64,000 nt of DNA. Source: Thermoplasmatota archaeon. GTDB taxonomy: Archaea > Thermoplasmatota > E2 > JACPAO01 > JAHFTW01. A program made the translations under genes and the position numbers. The notes under the pieces are model-generated. The model was not told where the DNA came from, made no database searches, and saw only the letters and a list, made by a program, of their open reading frames with translations. The stretch spans positions 1-64,000 of the forward strand of contig JBFIHX010000002.1 in assembly GCA_041601615.1 (NCBI GenBank), in the 5' to 3' direction. Below are positions 27,237-35,838 of the stretch, piece by piece (the stretch's first letter is position 1; the number at the start of each line of letters is the position of its first letter).

Positions 27237-27950
27237 CTATTCCGGAGATTCCTCGTCTTCCGTGCGCTCCCCATCCATCCGAATCCGGCGTTGCGCGCGC
27301 AAGTCTCGCAAAAAATCGAGCCCCGCCAAACCAACCACCACCACAACCGCCACCAATGCGATGCCCCAGCCAAGCCTAGGGTCCACGGCAGTCGCAAGTC
27401 GATTCATCCGGTCAAAGAAATACGTCCACGCCGCAGCCACAATGATGGTCGCCACCACCACGGGCGGCAAAACATCCCGAGTCCGCATCCCCGCCAAGCG
27501 CCCAACAATCATGGCAACAAGCGGACCATTGACCAAAAACGGAACCAACATGAACACCGCCAACCCAAGCGGCCCCCAGCGGTGCACATACGCCTGGTGG
27601 CGGTCGGCGGCAGCCTCAATCAACCGCACCCGCCGCATCAGGGCGTTGTTTCGGTCATGATACCGGTGCAACAGGAGCAAAAAGAGCGGATACGCAAACA
27701 AGGCCCCTGCAATGTCCTGGGTGAAGCTCACCTGCCAAATGAGAAACCGAGGTGCTCCCGCCGCAATGCCCACCGGAATGCCTCCTTCGCGGCCCGTGAG
27801 CACTTCCGCAATAAGCCCCAGCACCAGCGCCTGAACTTTCTCCGGCCACAGCACAAAGACCAGAAGAAATTCCAAGCCCAACAAGAGCAAGAGCGCCACT
27901 CCGGAAAGCCAGATTCGGCCCTCGATGCGCGCGGTGATCGGCTGGCTCAT
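27237..27950 (-). CDS. Small multi-drug export family membrane protein
   Basis: GREGGIPVG, WGPLGLAVFMLVPF; coupled to AI-2E gene. Confidence 0.75.
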   Translation of the reverse strand: MSQPITARIEGRIWLSGVALLLLLGLEFLLVFVLWPEKVQALVLGLIAEVLTGREGGIPVGIAAGAPRFLIWQVSFTQDIAGALFAYPLFLLLLHRYHDRNNALMRRVRLIEAAADRHQAYVHRWGPLGLAVFMLVPFLVNGPLVAMIVGRLAGMRTRDVLPPVVVATIIVAAAWTYFFDRMNRLATAVDPRLGWGIALVAVVVVVGLAGLDFLRDLRAQRRIRMDGERTEDEESPE

Positions 27951-29242
27951 TCCGAATCGTCCGGACCCTTCGGCTCCTTCCGCTTCTTCGGCTTCACCTG
28001 CGCCTCGGCCGCCTCGGGCGCGGTCTCGGCCTTGCTCATTGGCGCTCCCGCAGACTTCCCGCCACGCTGCAACCAACGGCTCCTCCGCCGCCGCTCCGCG
28101 CCAGCCAACCGCATCTCATCATACTGCAACCGCGAATGATCGTCTACGCCCACAGCAGGATCCAGGTACTCCTGTTCCCAGACCTTCAAGACCGTAATCG
28201 CAACACCCACAATGAGCGGGCCCAAAAACAGGCCAATGAACCCAAAGGCAGCAACACCTCCAAGCACCCCGATGAGCACAAAGATCGGATGGATGGCAGC
28301 GCGGTCGCCTATCAATTTGGGCCGGACAAAATTGTCCACTTGGCTTACGATGATGACACCCCAACCGACCAGGAACAGGCCCTGCCACACGTCGCCTCGC
28401 ACAAGCAGGAAGATTGCCGCCGGAACCCAAACCAGGAACGCACCCACCACCGGCAGGAGGCTCAAGATCGCCATCACGCTTGCCCAAACAATGGCGCCCG
28501 GAACACCCGCGATTAGGAAACCGACGCCACCCAGGGCCCCCTGGATCAGACTCGTCAAGATTTGTCCGGCAAACACCGCGTTGAGGCCGTTGCGCGCTTC
28601 ATACAACAAGAAATGCACTTGGGATGCGGGGATCGGCGCAGCTCGTTCCATGTAGACCACGAGGCGGTCGCCGTCCACCAGCACATAGTACACCACGAAC
28701 AAAATCACCGTCAAAGCGATGAAGAAACCCGGCACAGCTTTGGCAAGATCCGTCGCCACATCCTTGAGGCCTTCAATGGCCCGACCTTTGACCACATCCA
28801 CATTATCCTGCACCGAAGCGTTGCGCTGATCCGGCGTCTGATCCGGGTAAAACACAGACAACGCTTGCTGAACCGACGGACTAGCAAGCGCATTGTCCAC
28901 CCATACGTCGCCCTTTCCGCCCTGCAATTCCGTGGCAAGCTCCGTGGCGTCGTTGGCCAGCGCCCACCCCAACAACCCGATCGGAATGGCCAGCAAGACA
29001 AACAACGTGAACATCGTCGCGAAAGCCGAAATCCGATTGGGCAACCGCTTCTCGTAGAACTTGTCGATGGGAAGCGCCAGCACTGCGACAAAAACGCCCG
29101 TGACAATGAAAATCACAAACGGCTTGAACACCACCCACAACAGAAGCGCCAAGCCAAGCATGATGAGCATGAAGAACAAGTGGCTCTGCTTTGGCAGCAC
29201 AAGCACCGACCGAGACTCTTCCACGAAAGGCGATGGCGGCAT
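27947..29242 (-). CDS. AI-2E family transporter
   Basis: DNFVRP, IHP..VLIGVLGG, GLFLGP. Confidence 0.93.
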   Translation of the reverse strand: MPPSPFVEESRSVLVLPKQSHLFFMLIMLGLALLLWVVFKPFVIFIVTGVFVAVLALPIDKFYEKRLPNRISAFATMFTLFVLLAIPIGLLGWALANDATELATELQGGKGDVWVDNALASPSVQQALSVFYPDQTPDQRNASVQDNVDVVKGRAIEGLKDVATDLAKAVPGFFIALTVILFVVYYVLVDGDRLVVYMERAAPIPASQVHFLLYEARNGLNAVFAGQILTSLIQGALGGVGFLIAGVPGAIVWASVMAILSLLPVVGAFLVWVPAAIFLLVRGDVWQGLFLVGWGVIIVSQVDNFVRPKLIGDRAAIHPIFVLIGVLGGVAAFGFIGLFLGPLIVGVAITVLKVWEQEYLDPAVGVDDHSRLQYDEMRLAGAERRRRSRWLQRGGKSAGAPMSKAETAPEAAEAQVKPKKRKEPKGPDDSE

Positions 29243-29420
29243 GTGTTCAAGGGTTTGTTCGTCACGAAGTCCAATCGTGGCGCGCCCCCCACCCCGGCGC
29301 CCCGGTACAACGAGGGCCCATGCCGCGCCCCTCCAAACACGCCATGGCCCCCGGCCCAGGACACGCACCACGCACCGCCCCTCAGCAACCCCTTTTCAGG
29401 GGTCGCCGCCTCGCCGGCTT

Positions 29421-30020
29421 GTGAAGGTCTGGGTCGTCGACAACGGCGGACAATGGTCGCACCGCGAATGGCGCGTCCTTCGCTACCTAAAGGCAGACAC
29501 CAAGATGGTGCCCAACGACACGCCCGTCGAAGAACTCTTGGCAGCCAACCTCGACGGCCTCCTGCTGTCGGGCGGCGCCCCCCGCGTCGGCGTCGACGGA
29601 ACTCTCGGCAACTGCGCCGACTACATCGACCAACTCGACATCCCCATCCTAGGCATTTGCGCCGGCCACCAATTCCTCGCCCGCCACTTCGGCGGCAGCG
29701 CCGCACCCGGCAAAACCCCCGAATTTGGCGCCGTGGACATGGACATCCAAGACGCAGGCGGCATCCTCGACGACATTGAGAGCCCAACCCAAGTCTGGGC
29801 CAGCCACCACGACGAAGTGGACGTAGTACCCGAATCCTGGACCGTCCTTGCAAGCTCGGAAACCTGCCCCGTCCAAGTGATGCGCCACAATGAGCGCCCC
29901 CTCTACGGCATGCAGTACCACCCCGAAGTGGAACACACCCCCGCCGGCGGCCAAATGTTCCGCAATTTCCTCAAAATCTGCGAAGAGTACGCAGAGAAAC
30001 GGGCGCAAGCAACCGCGTAA
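29421..30020 (+). CDS. guaAA: GMP synthase glutamine amidotransferase subunit A
   Basis: DNGGQWSHR, LGICAGHQ, QYHPEV. Confidence 0.96.
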   Translation: MKVWVVDNGGQWSHREWRVLRYLKADTKMVPNDTPVEELLAANLDGLLLSGGAPRVGVDGTLGNCADYIDQLDIPILGICAGHQFLARHFGGSAAPGKTPEFGAVDMDIQDAGGILDDIESPTQVWASHHDEVDVVPESWTVLASSETCPVQVMRHNERPLYGMQYHPEVEHTPAGGQMFRNFLKICEEYAEKRAQATA

Positions 30021-30100
30021 GCAACGGGGCCGCGCAATAGGGCGCCAAGGATGATCCTGGCAAGCGCCGGGACCATCGACGCTGCGACTCAAACCAAGCC

Positions 30101-30385
30101 CGAGGGCTTCGCCCTCACGCCTTGGCCCGCGTGCGGTACCGCAGGCGGCACCGCAGCGGTACTGAGCAAAGGGGCGCGAATCAAAACCGGCGTTCGCCTG
30201 TGGTTGAGCAACCGTGCCGAGCAAAAGGACCCAAATCAAAACCGGCGTTCGCCTACGGCTCACGCCCTGGTTTTGATCCGCCCCTTCGTCGCGTCTACGA
30301 CGCACCGAAGGTCCGTTCGCGCTTCGCGCTCACTGAGAATCAAAGCGGCCGTTCGGGCTCCGCCCTCACGCCTTCGCTTTGATCC
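30101..30385. repeat. Cluster of REP-like palindromic repeats
   Basis: AATCAAAACCGGCGTTCGCCT at 30179 and 30234; repeated GTTCG-stem-CTCAC units. Confidence 0.7.
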
Positions 30386-30989
30386 TCTTCATCGTAAACA
30401 GACTCTCGCGCTCCATCTCTTCCAAGCGGAAGGCGATGAATGTCTTGACCTCTTCAAGCTCGGGCAGGACCTTGAATTCGAGAGCATTGACACGGCGCTT
30501 GGTCTTCTCGACCTCGTCAAGCAAGCGCTTGATGCTGGTCTCCAATTCGGCAGCCTCAATGATCTTCTCCACAAGCGCCTCGTAGGATTCGACCGCCTCA
30601 TCCACGGACGCAGAGGTGCCCACGATGCCGTAGCCGCGCTCCGAAAGCTCGCGGCGGATGTGGTCCGACTCAATCTTGGGCACGCGCACGCCCATGATGT
30701 TGTTCTCCTTCAAGCGGACCGAAGGCGACTTGCCGGCGGTGTTGGCCACACTGCGCACCGTAAGCGCGCCTTCGACGGCCGTGGCGGTGTCGATGGCTTC
30801 CTGGGCGGCGATGAACCGCTGGACAAGGTCGGCGCGCAGGCTCTTGACCTGGTCGAGGATGGCGAAAATTTCGAACATCAGGCCGTCCCGCTTCTTCTTG
30901 AGCAGGTTGTACCCGGATTTGCTCAATTGGATTCGCCGCTTGACGTTGATCAACTCGGACCGTGTCGGAGTCACGTTCTGGGCAGCCAT
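30366..30989 (-). CDS. atpD: A/V-type ATP synthase subunit D
   Basis: PTRSEL, LLKKKRD, NIMGV, KRRVNALE. Confidence 0.97.
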   Translation of the reverse strand: MAAQNVTPTRSELINVKRRIQLSKSGYNLLKKKRDGLMFEIFAILDQVKSLRADLVQRFIAAQEAIDTATAVEGALTVRSVANTAGKSPSVRLKENNIMGVRVPKIESDHIRRELSERGYGIVGTSASVDEAVESYEALVEKIIEAAELETSIKRLLDEVEKTKRRVNALEFKVLPELEEVKTFIAFRLEEMERESLFTMKRIKAKA

Positions 30990-31114
30990 GGACGGGGCGC
31001 GCGACTCAGGGTTCTTGGATAAAGGTTGGGCCTAGAGTGCCGAAGAGCCGAGTTTGACCATTTTGTTACCCACCAGCGATAAGCTTAGGAAGGCCACTGG
31101 TTGTGCGTGCGTAA

Positions 31115-31648
31115 ATGGGCCTCTACGAACTCCATCGCAAGGAATCGTTTGAGGACGCGGATTGTCCTTTGCGTTCTCTACATGTGCGTATCAATGCGGA
31201 AGCAGATTTTGGTGGAACATCCGTTCCAGGACCAGTCCAGCGTCGTCTGATTGTACAAGCTTTGCGTCACATACTTGAAAAAACCGGGGACGAAGACATT
31301 ACGATCCTCAGCAACCCGATTGTTGCCTTCAATCAGCTCCAGGAGGAACATGGCTGGGCAAAACCCGAAGACATGGACCTACGCGTCATCAAGAGCGCCC
31401 ACCGCATCGTCAGCGAAGTGGCCAAGCGCAGCCAGTCAGGCCGCGTGGTGCTCGCCGCCGACCTCGTGGGCGCCATTGGCTTGTCCGCGCCGACCATCGG
31501 ACGCCTGTTGCGCCTGGGCGAGCGAGCCAACGACTACCTTACTCAGTTCGTGGTCATCTCGCCACACGGCCGCACCAAGGCACTGGACTTGACGCCGCGA
31601 GGCCGGCTCATGGCAAGCAAAATTCGTGCCGGTGTCGTTCCGGCCTGA
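31115..31648 (+). CDS. Hypothetical protein with C-terminal wHTH
   Basis: LSAPTIGRLL...LDLTPRGR. Confidence 0.7.
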   Translation: MGLYELHRKESFEDADCPLRSLHVRINAEADFGGTSVPGPVQRRLIVQALRHILEKTGDEDITILSNPIVAFNQLQEEHGWAKPEDMDLRVIKSAHRIVSEVAKRSQSGRVVLAADLVGAIGLSAPTIGRLLRLGERANDYLTQFVVISPHGRTKALDLTPRGRLMASKIRAGVVPA

Positions 31649-31656
31649 ACTCGATT

Positions 31657-32316
31657 CTAGATCCGGCAGCCGGCCACGCACTCGGATGCGACGGCCCAGG
31701 CGTTGAGCGGATCCTTGTAGATGGAGACGGCGGTGGGGGCGGCCGTTTTCCAGCCTTCGCCAAAGTCACCGTGTGGGAATCCACCAAGAACGAGTGTCAA
31801 GTCGCCGCCGTCCGCTCGCGTCATGAGGTCGCGAGGCGCCAGTGCTTCGCCGCCTTCGTCGAGGCGCAGGACCGTTCCTTTGCCAAACTCCGCCACGACT
31901 TCTGCGGGCGTCTTGCGGCCTTCGCTCCATAGCAACGGGTCTGCGTCCTGGCTGGCACCTTCTCGCAAAACTTTGGCAATGAGGCCTTGGAACCGCTGTT
32001 CGCCGCGAGGAAGACGAGTGTCGTTGCGGATGCGAAGAAGCGTGCCGCCTCGGCAGTGCACGGCCACTTCGACATCGCCGTCCTTGCACAGCGGCGATTC
32101 GAGGAGGGCAAGGAGTGTGTAGTGCGTGATGTCCGGGCGGCCGCGTCGCTCGCCTTCAGGCAAGAGCTTGCAGGCTTGGCGGTGCTGGTTCTGGTCCAAC
32201 AGCAATTCTCCCGGGCGGCGCCCTTGGAGCTTGGCGTGTGCGCGCACCTGCGGGTGGCCGGCGACGGCCTCGGGGACCAGTTCGAGTTCTGCGTCTGCCA
32301 GGATGAACCGGAGCAC
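31657..32316 (-). CDS. nep1: Nep1/Emg1 16S rRNA pseudouridine methyltransferase
   Basis: RGRPDITH, LLESPL, TRLPR, GGFPHG. Confidence 0.93.
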   Translation of the reverse strand: MLRFILADAELELVPEAVAGHPQVRAHAKLQGRRPGELLLDQNQHRQACKLLPEGERRGRPDITHYTLLALLESPLCKDGDVEVAVHCRGGTLLRIRNDTRLPRGEQRFQGLIAKVLREGASQDADPLLWSEGRKTPAEVVAEFGKGTVLRLDEGGEALAPRDLMTRADGGDLTLVLGGFPHGDFGEGWKTAAPTAVSIYKDPLNAWAVASECVAGCRI

Positions 32317-32392
32317 GGGCAGCGCGAGACGGATGGGGGATTTGGTGCTGTCGCGCAACAAGCGTTATGTCCGTCCGCCACCAGACCCAATC

Positions 32393-32569
32393 GTGGCCTT
32401 CTCCAAGTTCGATCCCCACGCACCCCAAGCGGACGAGGACGAAGAGGAATTCAGCTCCGAAGGCGCTCGGCGCCGCGCCTTGCTTTTACGCTGGGGCTGG
32501 GCCATCAGCATGATCTACACCGCCATCGGCTTCGGGTTCATCCTGTACTGGATTGCCACGGACGCCTAG
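32393..32569 (+). CDS. Small single-TM protein
   Basis: Acidic N-terminus, C-terminal hydrophobic helix; start uncertain. Confidence 0.55.
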   Translation: MAFSKFDPHAPQADEDEEEFSSEGARRRALLLRWGWAISMIYTAIGFGFILYWIATDA

Positions 32570-32638
32570 CCGAGAAGGCCATTCGAAGGGAAGAGAAGCG
32601 GAAGAGCAGGGGGAAGGTGGGAACAGGGGTCGCTTGAC

Positions 32639-32777
32639 CCTACACCAATTGAGCGAGCTTGGGCAGAATCTTGCACAGCGACCGCAAGCCGTCGATGCTT
32701 CGGGCGGCACGCGCAAAGCGCGGCCACCCAGAGCGAACCTACACCAATTCAGCGAGCTTGGGCAACACCTTGTAGAG
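32639..32777. repeat. Diverged direct duplication of the etfA 3' end
   Basis: CCTACACCAATT(G/C)AGCGAGCTTGGGCA at 32639 and 32738. Confidence 0.8.
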
Positions 32778-33587
32778 ATCGCCCACGATGCCGTAGTCGG
32801 CAATCTGGAAGATCGGCGCGTCCTTGTTGGTGTTGATGGCGACGATCAGCTTGCTGCCGCGAATGCCCGCAACGTGCTGGATTTGGCCGCTGACGCCGGC
32901 TGCAAAGTACACCTTGGGCTTGATCTCGTGGCCGCTGAGGCCGATCCAGTGCTCTTCGCCGAGCCACTTCAAGTCGGCTGCGACGGGGCGGCTGCATCCA
33001 ACGGCGCCGCCGGGCAGTTTCTTGGCGAGTGCTTCTGCGAGTCCGATGTCTTCCTTGGACTTGAAGCCGCGTCCAACGCCTACGACGTAGTCGGCGCCGG
33101 TGAGGTCGAAGTCGTGGTCGGCGCTGCCTTCGGTTCCGGTGACGGTGACGGTGCTGGCTTCGGCTTGCAGCTTGATTTCCGTGCCGCCGACGTCTTCGGT
33201 TGCTTCGAAGGTGCCGGGGGTTGCGGTGAGAACGGCTTGCTTGCCGACGGTGTAGGTCGCCATGCTGTTGCCGGAGAGCACCATGCGCTGAACCGTGAGG
33301 CCGTCGGCGCCGGATGTGATGCTTTGCACTTCGGCGGCGTAGGGCCAGTCGAGGTGGGCCGCGAGGCGGGGGGCCACGTCCTTGCCGAGTTTGCTGGCGC
33401 CCACGATGACCACGTCGATGTTGTGTTCCTTGACGGCGGTGGCGATGGCGCGGGCTATGGTGCTGGGGTCGGCGTCGGGCAGGCCGCTGCGGTCCACTTT
33501 GAAGTGGGTGCCGAGGGTTTGGGCTTGTTTGCGTACTTCCATGCAGAGATGGTCGTTGTCCGACCAGCCGAGGACGTTCGGGCTCAC
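32739..33587 (-). CDS. etfA: Electron transfer flavoprotein alpha subunit
   Basis: VGCSRP, GVSGQIQH, AINTNKDAPIF. Confidence 0.95.
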   Translation of the reverse strand: MSPNVLGWSDNDHLCMEVRKQAQTLGTHFKVDRSGLPDADPSTIARAIATAVKEHNIDVVIVGASKLGKDVAPRLAAHLDWPYAAEVQSITSGADGLTVQRMVLSGNSMATYTVGKQAVLTATPGTFEATEDVGGTEIKLQAEASTVTVTGTEGSADHDFDLTGADYVVGVGRGFKSKEDIGLAEALAKKLPGGAVGCSRPVAADLKWLGEEHWIGLSGHEIKPKVYFAAGVSGQIQHVAGIRGSKLIVAINTNKDAPIFQIADYGIVGDLYKVLPKLAELV

Positions 33588-34351
33588 AGGGCGCCCTCCT
33601 TCTTGAGTGCGGCCACAAGTTGTTCGGCGGCGTCGTCGCCTTCGAGCATGATGCGCTTGCGGTCTTGCTTGGGGGCCTTGTTGGCGACCATCACCATTTG
33701 GCGGGCAAATTGCTCGGGCTTGAGGCCCAAGTCGTCGATGGTCTTCTGGTGGATGGGCTTCTTGCCGGCTTGCAGGATTTGCATGAGGGCGGGCAGGCGC
33801 GGGTGGTTGATTTCGTCGTTCATGGTCGCGGCGACGGGCAGCGGAACTTCGACGATCTGGCTGGGGTCGCCGTCGCGCACGGCCTTGAGTTTGCCGTCTT
33901 CCACGCCGATGATTTTCTGGGTGTTGTAGAGGCTGGGCATGCCGAGCAGGGCGGCGACGCGGGAGCCCACTTCGCCGGCTCCGAGGTCGATGCTGACTTC
34001 GCCGGCAAAGACGAGGTCTGCGCCGCCGTCGGCTTTGATGGCTTCCGAGAGGGCAAGCGCGGTGCCGCGTCCGTCCGTCGGGGGGCCGAGGACGACGACT
34101 GCTTCGTCGCAGCCCATGGCGAGTGGTTCTTTGATGAGGTTGGCGCCGTTGGGGCCGGGGTTGTAGGTGTAGGCGACGATGGTGTCGGCTTGCCCGGCTT
34201 CCTTGATCTTCACGGCCGCCTCGATGGCGTGCTTGTCGAAATCACTCACCTTCCACGGCAGGCCGTCCATCTTGGGGGCCTGGGTGGCGGGGTCGATCTT
34301 GAGTTGGCTCACGTCGGGAGCCATCTTGACGAGTACCGCGATGCGCGTCAT
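33584..34351 (-). CDS. etfB: Electron transfer flavoprotein beta subunit
   Basis: VKMAPD, AGEVSID, NHPRLP; 4-nt overlap with etfA. Confidence 0.95.
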   Translation of the reverse strand: MTRIAVLVKMAPDVSQLKIDPATQAPKMDGLPWKVSDFDKHAIEAAVKIKEAGQADTIVAYTYNPGPNGANLIKEPLAMGCDEAVVVLGPPTDGRGTALALSEAIKADGGADLVFAGEVSIDLGAGEVGSRVAALLGMPSLYNTQKIIGVEDGKLKAVRDGDPSQIVEVPLPVAATMNDEINHPRLPALMQILQAGKKPIHQKTIDDLGLKPEQFARQMVMVANKAPKQDRKRIMLEGDDAAEQLVAALKKEGAL

Positions 34352-34414
34352 GCAAGGCGGCGACTCGGGGGAGTGGGAAAAGGGCTGCGCAGCAACGTGC
34401 GCGCGTTTGGCGTT

Positions 34415-34612
34415 CTAGACGCAGGTGCTGGCCCAGTCGCGGATGGCCGTGTTGTAGTAGCACAAGGCGTACCCTGCGGCAGCATCGCCAATGACACAGG
34501 CGGTTGGTGGGTCGTAGAACATGTCGCAGACGGGTCCGGCGCTGGCGGTGGGCGCGACGGCGACGGCTCCAAGGAGGAGCAGGCTTGCGAGGAGGATGGT
34601 TTTTGTCTTCAT
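34415..34612 (-). CDS. Secreted 4-Cys peptide P1 (65 aa)
   Basis: Signal MKTKTILLASLLLLGAVAVAPTASA; C-x9-C-x11-C-x12-C; GTGAT SD; paralogs adjacent. Confidence 0.88.
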   Translation of the reverse strand: MKTKTILLASLLLLGAVAVAPTASAGPVCDMFYDPPTACVIGDAAAGYALCYYNTAIRDWASTCV

Positions 34613-34655
34613 TGGATCACAGGCCCAGGGGCCTTGCGTGCATTGGGCCAAGGTG

Positions 34656-34679
34656 CTTGAGGTTGATTGGGGACGAATG
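34656..34679 (-). promoter_or_regulatory. Conserved upstream box of P1
   Basis: CTTGAGGTTGATTGGGGACGAATG (+), 44 nt from ATG. Confidence 0.7.
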
Positions 34680-34861
34680 ATGAAGGAACCCCGGGCTCGT
34701 CTTCCGGGGCTTGCCGCGCACTCGCTCTGCCTCATGGCCGGAGTCGAATTTTCTCTGGTTCGCGTCAGGCGTCCGCGACTCAAGGACCGCGGCTCTCGCC
34801 GTGCAGGCGGCCGCAGAAGAAGTTGGGAAAAGGGCTGCGCCAAGGCGCGTGGTTTGCGGCC

Positions 34862-35062
34862 TTAGAGGACGCAGCTGTTGACCCAGCGGCGGGGCGCCGT
34901 CTCGTAGAAGCAGAGGACATTGGCTACTGCTGCATCGCCGATGGTGCATCCGGGGGGAGGGTATTCGAACATCTCACAGACGACTCCGGCGCTAGCGGAG
35001 GGAGCAACGGCCACAGCTCCAAGAACGAGCAGGCTGGCGAGGAGGATTGTTTTTGCTTTCAT
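34862..35062 (-). CDS. Secreted 4-Cys peptide P2 (66 aa)
   Basis: Near-identical signal to P1, same Cys spacing, GGTGA SD. Confidence 0.88.
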   Translation of the reverse strand: MKAKTILLASLLVLGAVAVAPSASAGVVCEMFEYPPPGCTIGDAAVANVLCFYETAPRRWVNSCVL

Positions 35063-35108
35063 GATTTCACCGACCCCTAAGGAGTCTTGAGGCGATTGAC
35101 ACATCGGG

Positions 35109-35132
35109 CTTCAAGTTGATTCGGGATGAGTG
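35109..35132 (-). promoter_or_regulatory. Conserved upstream box of P2
   Basis: CTTCAAGTTGATTCGGGATGAGTG (+), 47 nt from ATG. Confidence 0.7.
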
Positions 35133-35155
35133 GGAAGAGGACTGAACAGATTTGC

Positions 35156-35362
35156 TTAGCTCAGGCAGAGGTAGAGCCAGAAGCCGGGCTTCTCGCTCAG
35201 GAGGCACGCTGCGAGGTGGGCGGTGTCGTCCACGTCCGAACAGGCGCCGCGCACGGCGGCAGAGGGAGACTCGCAGTGGATGTGGTCGGCGCTGGCGGCA
35301 GGGGCTACCGCGATGGCGCCAAGCAGCAGGAGGCTTGCGACGAGGATTGTTTGCATTTTCAT
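35156..35362 (-). CDS. Secreted 4-Cys peptide P3 (68 aa)
   Basis: Signal ending PAASA; C-x10-C-x11-C-x12-C. Confidence 0.85.
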   Translation of the reverse strand: MKMQTILVASLLLLGAIAVAPAASADHIHCESPSAAVRGACSDVDDTAHLAACLLSEKPGFWLYLCLS

Positions 35363-35406
35363 AGTATCACGGACCGTTCAGGTCGTGCGAACATTCGTGG
35401 CTGGTC

Positions 35407-35430
35407 CTTGAGGTTGATTGGGGATGAATG
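35407..35430 (-). promoter_or_regulatory. Conserved upstream box of P3
   Basis: CTTGAGGTTGATTGGGGATGAATG (+), 45 nt from ATG. Confidence 0.7.
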
Positions 35431-35457
35431 GAAAAGATGGGTGCGGGCTGGAGTCCT

Positions 35458-35673
35458 TTACGCGCACTGGTCCCAGTAGGCAGGAGCTGTGTAGTAGAGG
35501 CAGTCGGCGGTGCCGAGGGCGAGATTGACGCCGCCTCGGGCCGTGTCGAGGGCGGTGTTGCAGGTCGACGTCACATCCGGGATGGTGGAGACGCATTGGG
35601 TCGCCGTGGCGCTGGGTGTGGCCACGAGGACGAGGGTCAGAAGCAGGCCTGTCAGAAGGATGGCGGTTCGCAT
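35458..35673 (-). CDS. Secreted 4-Cys peptide P4 (71 aa)
   Basis: Signal ending PSATA; C-x10-C-x19-C-x11-C; GGTGA SD. Confidence 0.82.
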   Translation of the reverse strand: MRTAILLTGLLLTLVLVATPSATATQCVSTIPDVTSTCNTALDTARGGVNLALGTADCLYYTAPAYWDQCA

Positions 35674-35838
35674 AGAGTTCACCTAGATCGCTTCAAAGCG
35701 ACCGCAACGCCATCAACACCATATTGTTTAAGTTTTGTAGATTTTATAGTATTTATTGAAATTTTATGACTGTGCCCGCTCGCAGCATCGGCCCAATACA
35801 GCCAATCCTTTCATCAAGGGGCCTCTAATGTACATATT

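Noticed and set aside
32553-34660. Long plus-strand ORFs opposite etfAB, and similar antisense ORFs throughout
   Set aside because: Antisense shadows caused by high-GC codon bias
34415-35673. RiPP (lanthipeptide, sactipeptide, ranthipeptide) precursors
   Set aside because: Leaders are Sec signal peptides and no radical SAM, Lan or YcaO enzyme or peptidase-ABC exporter is in the window
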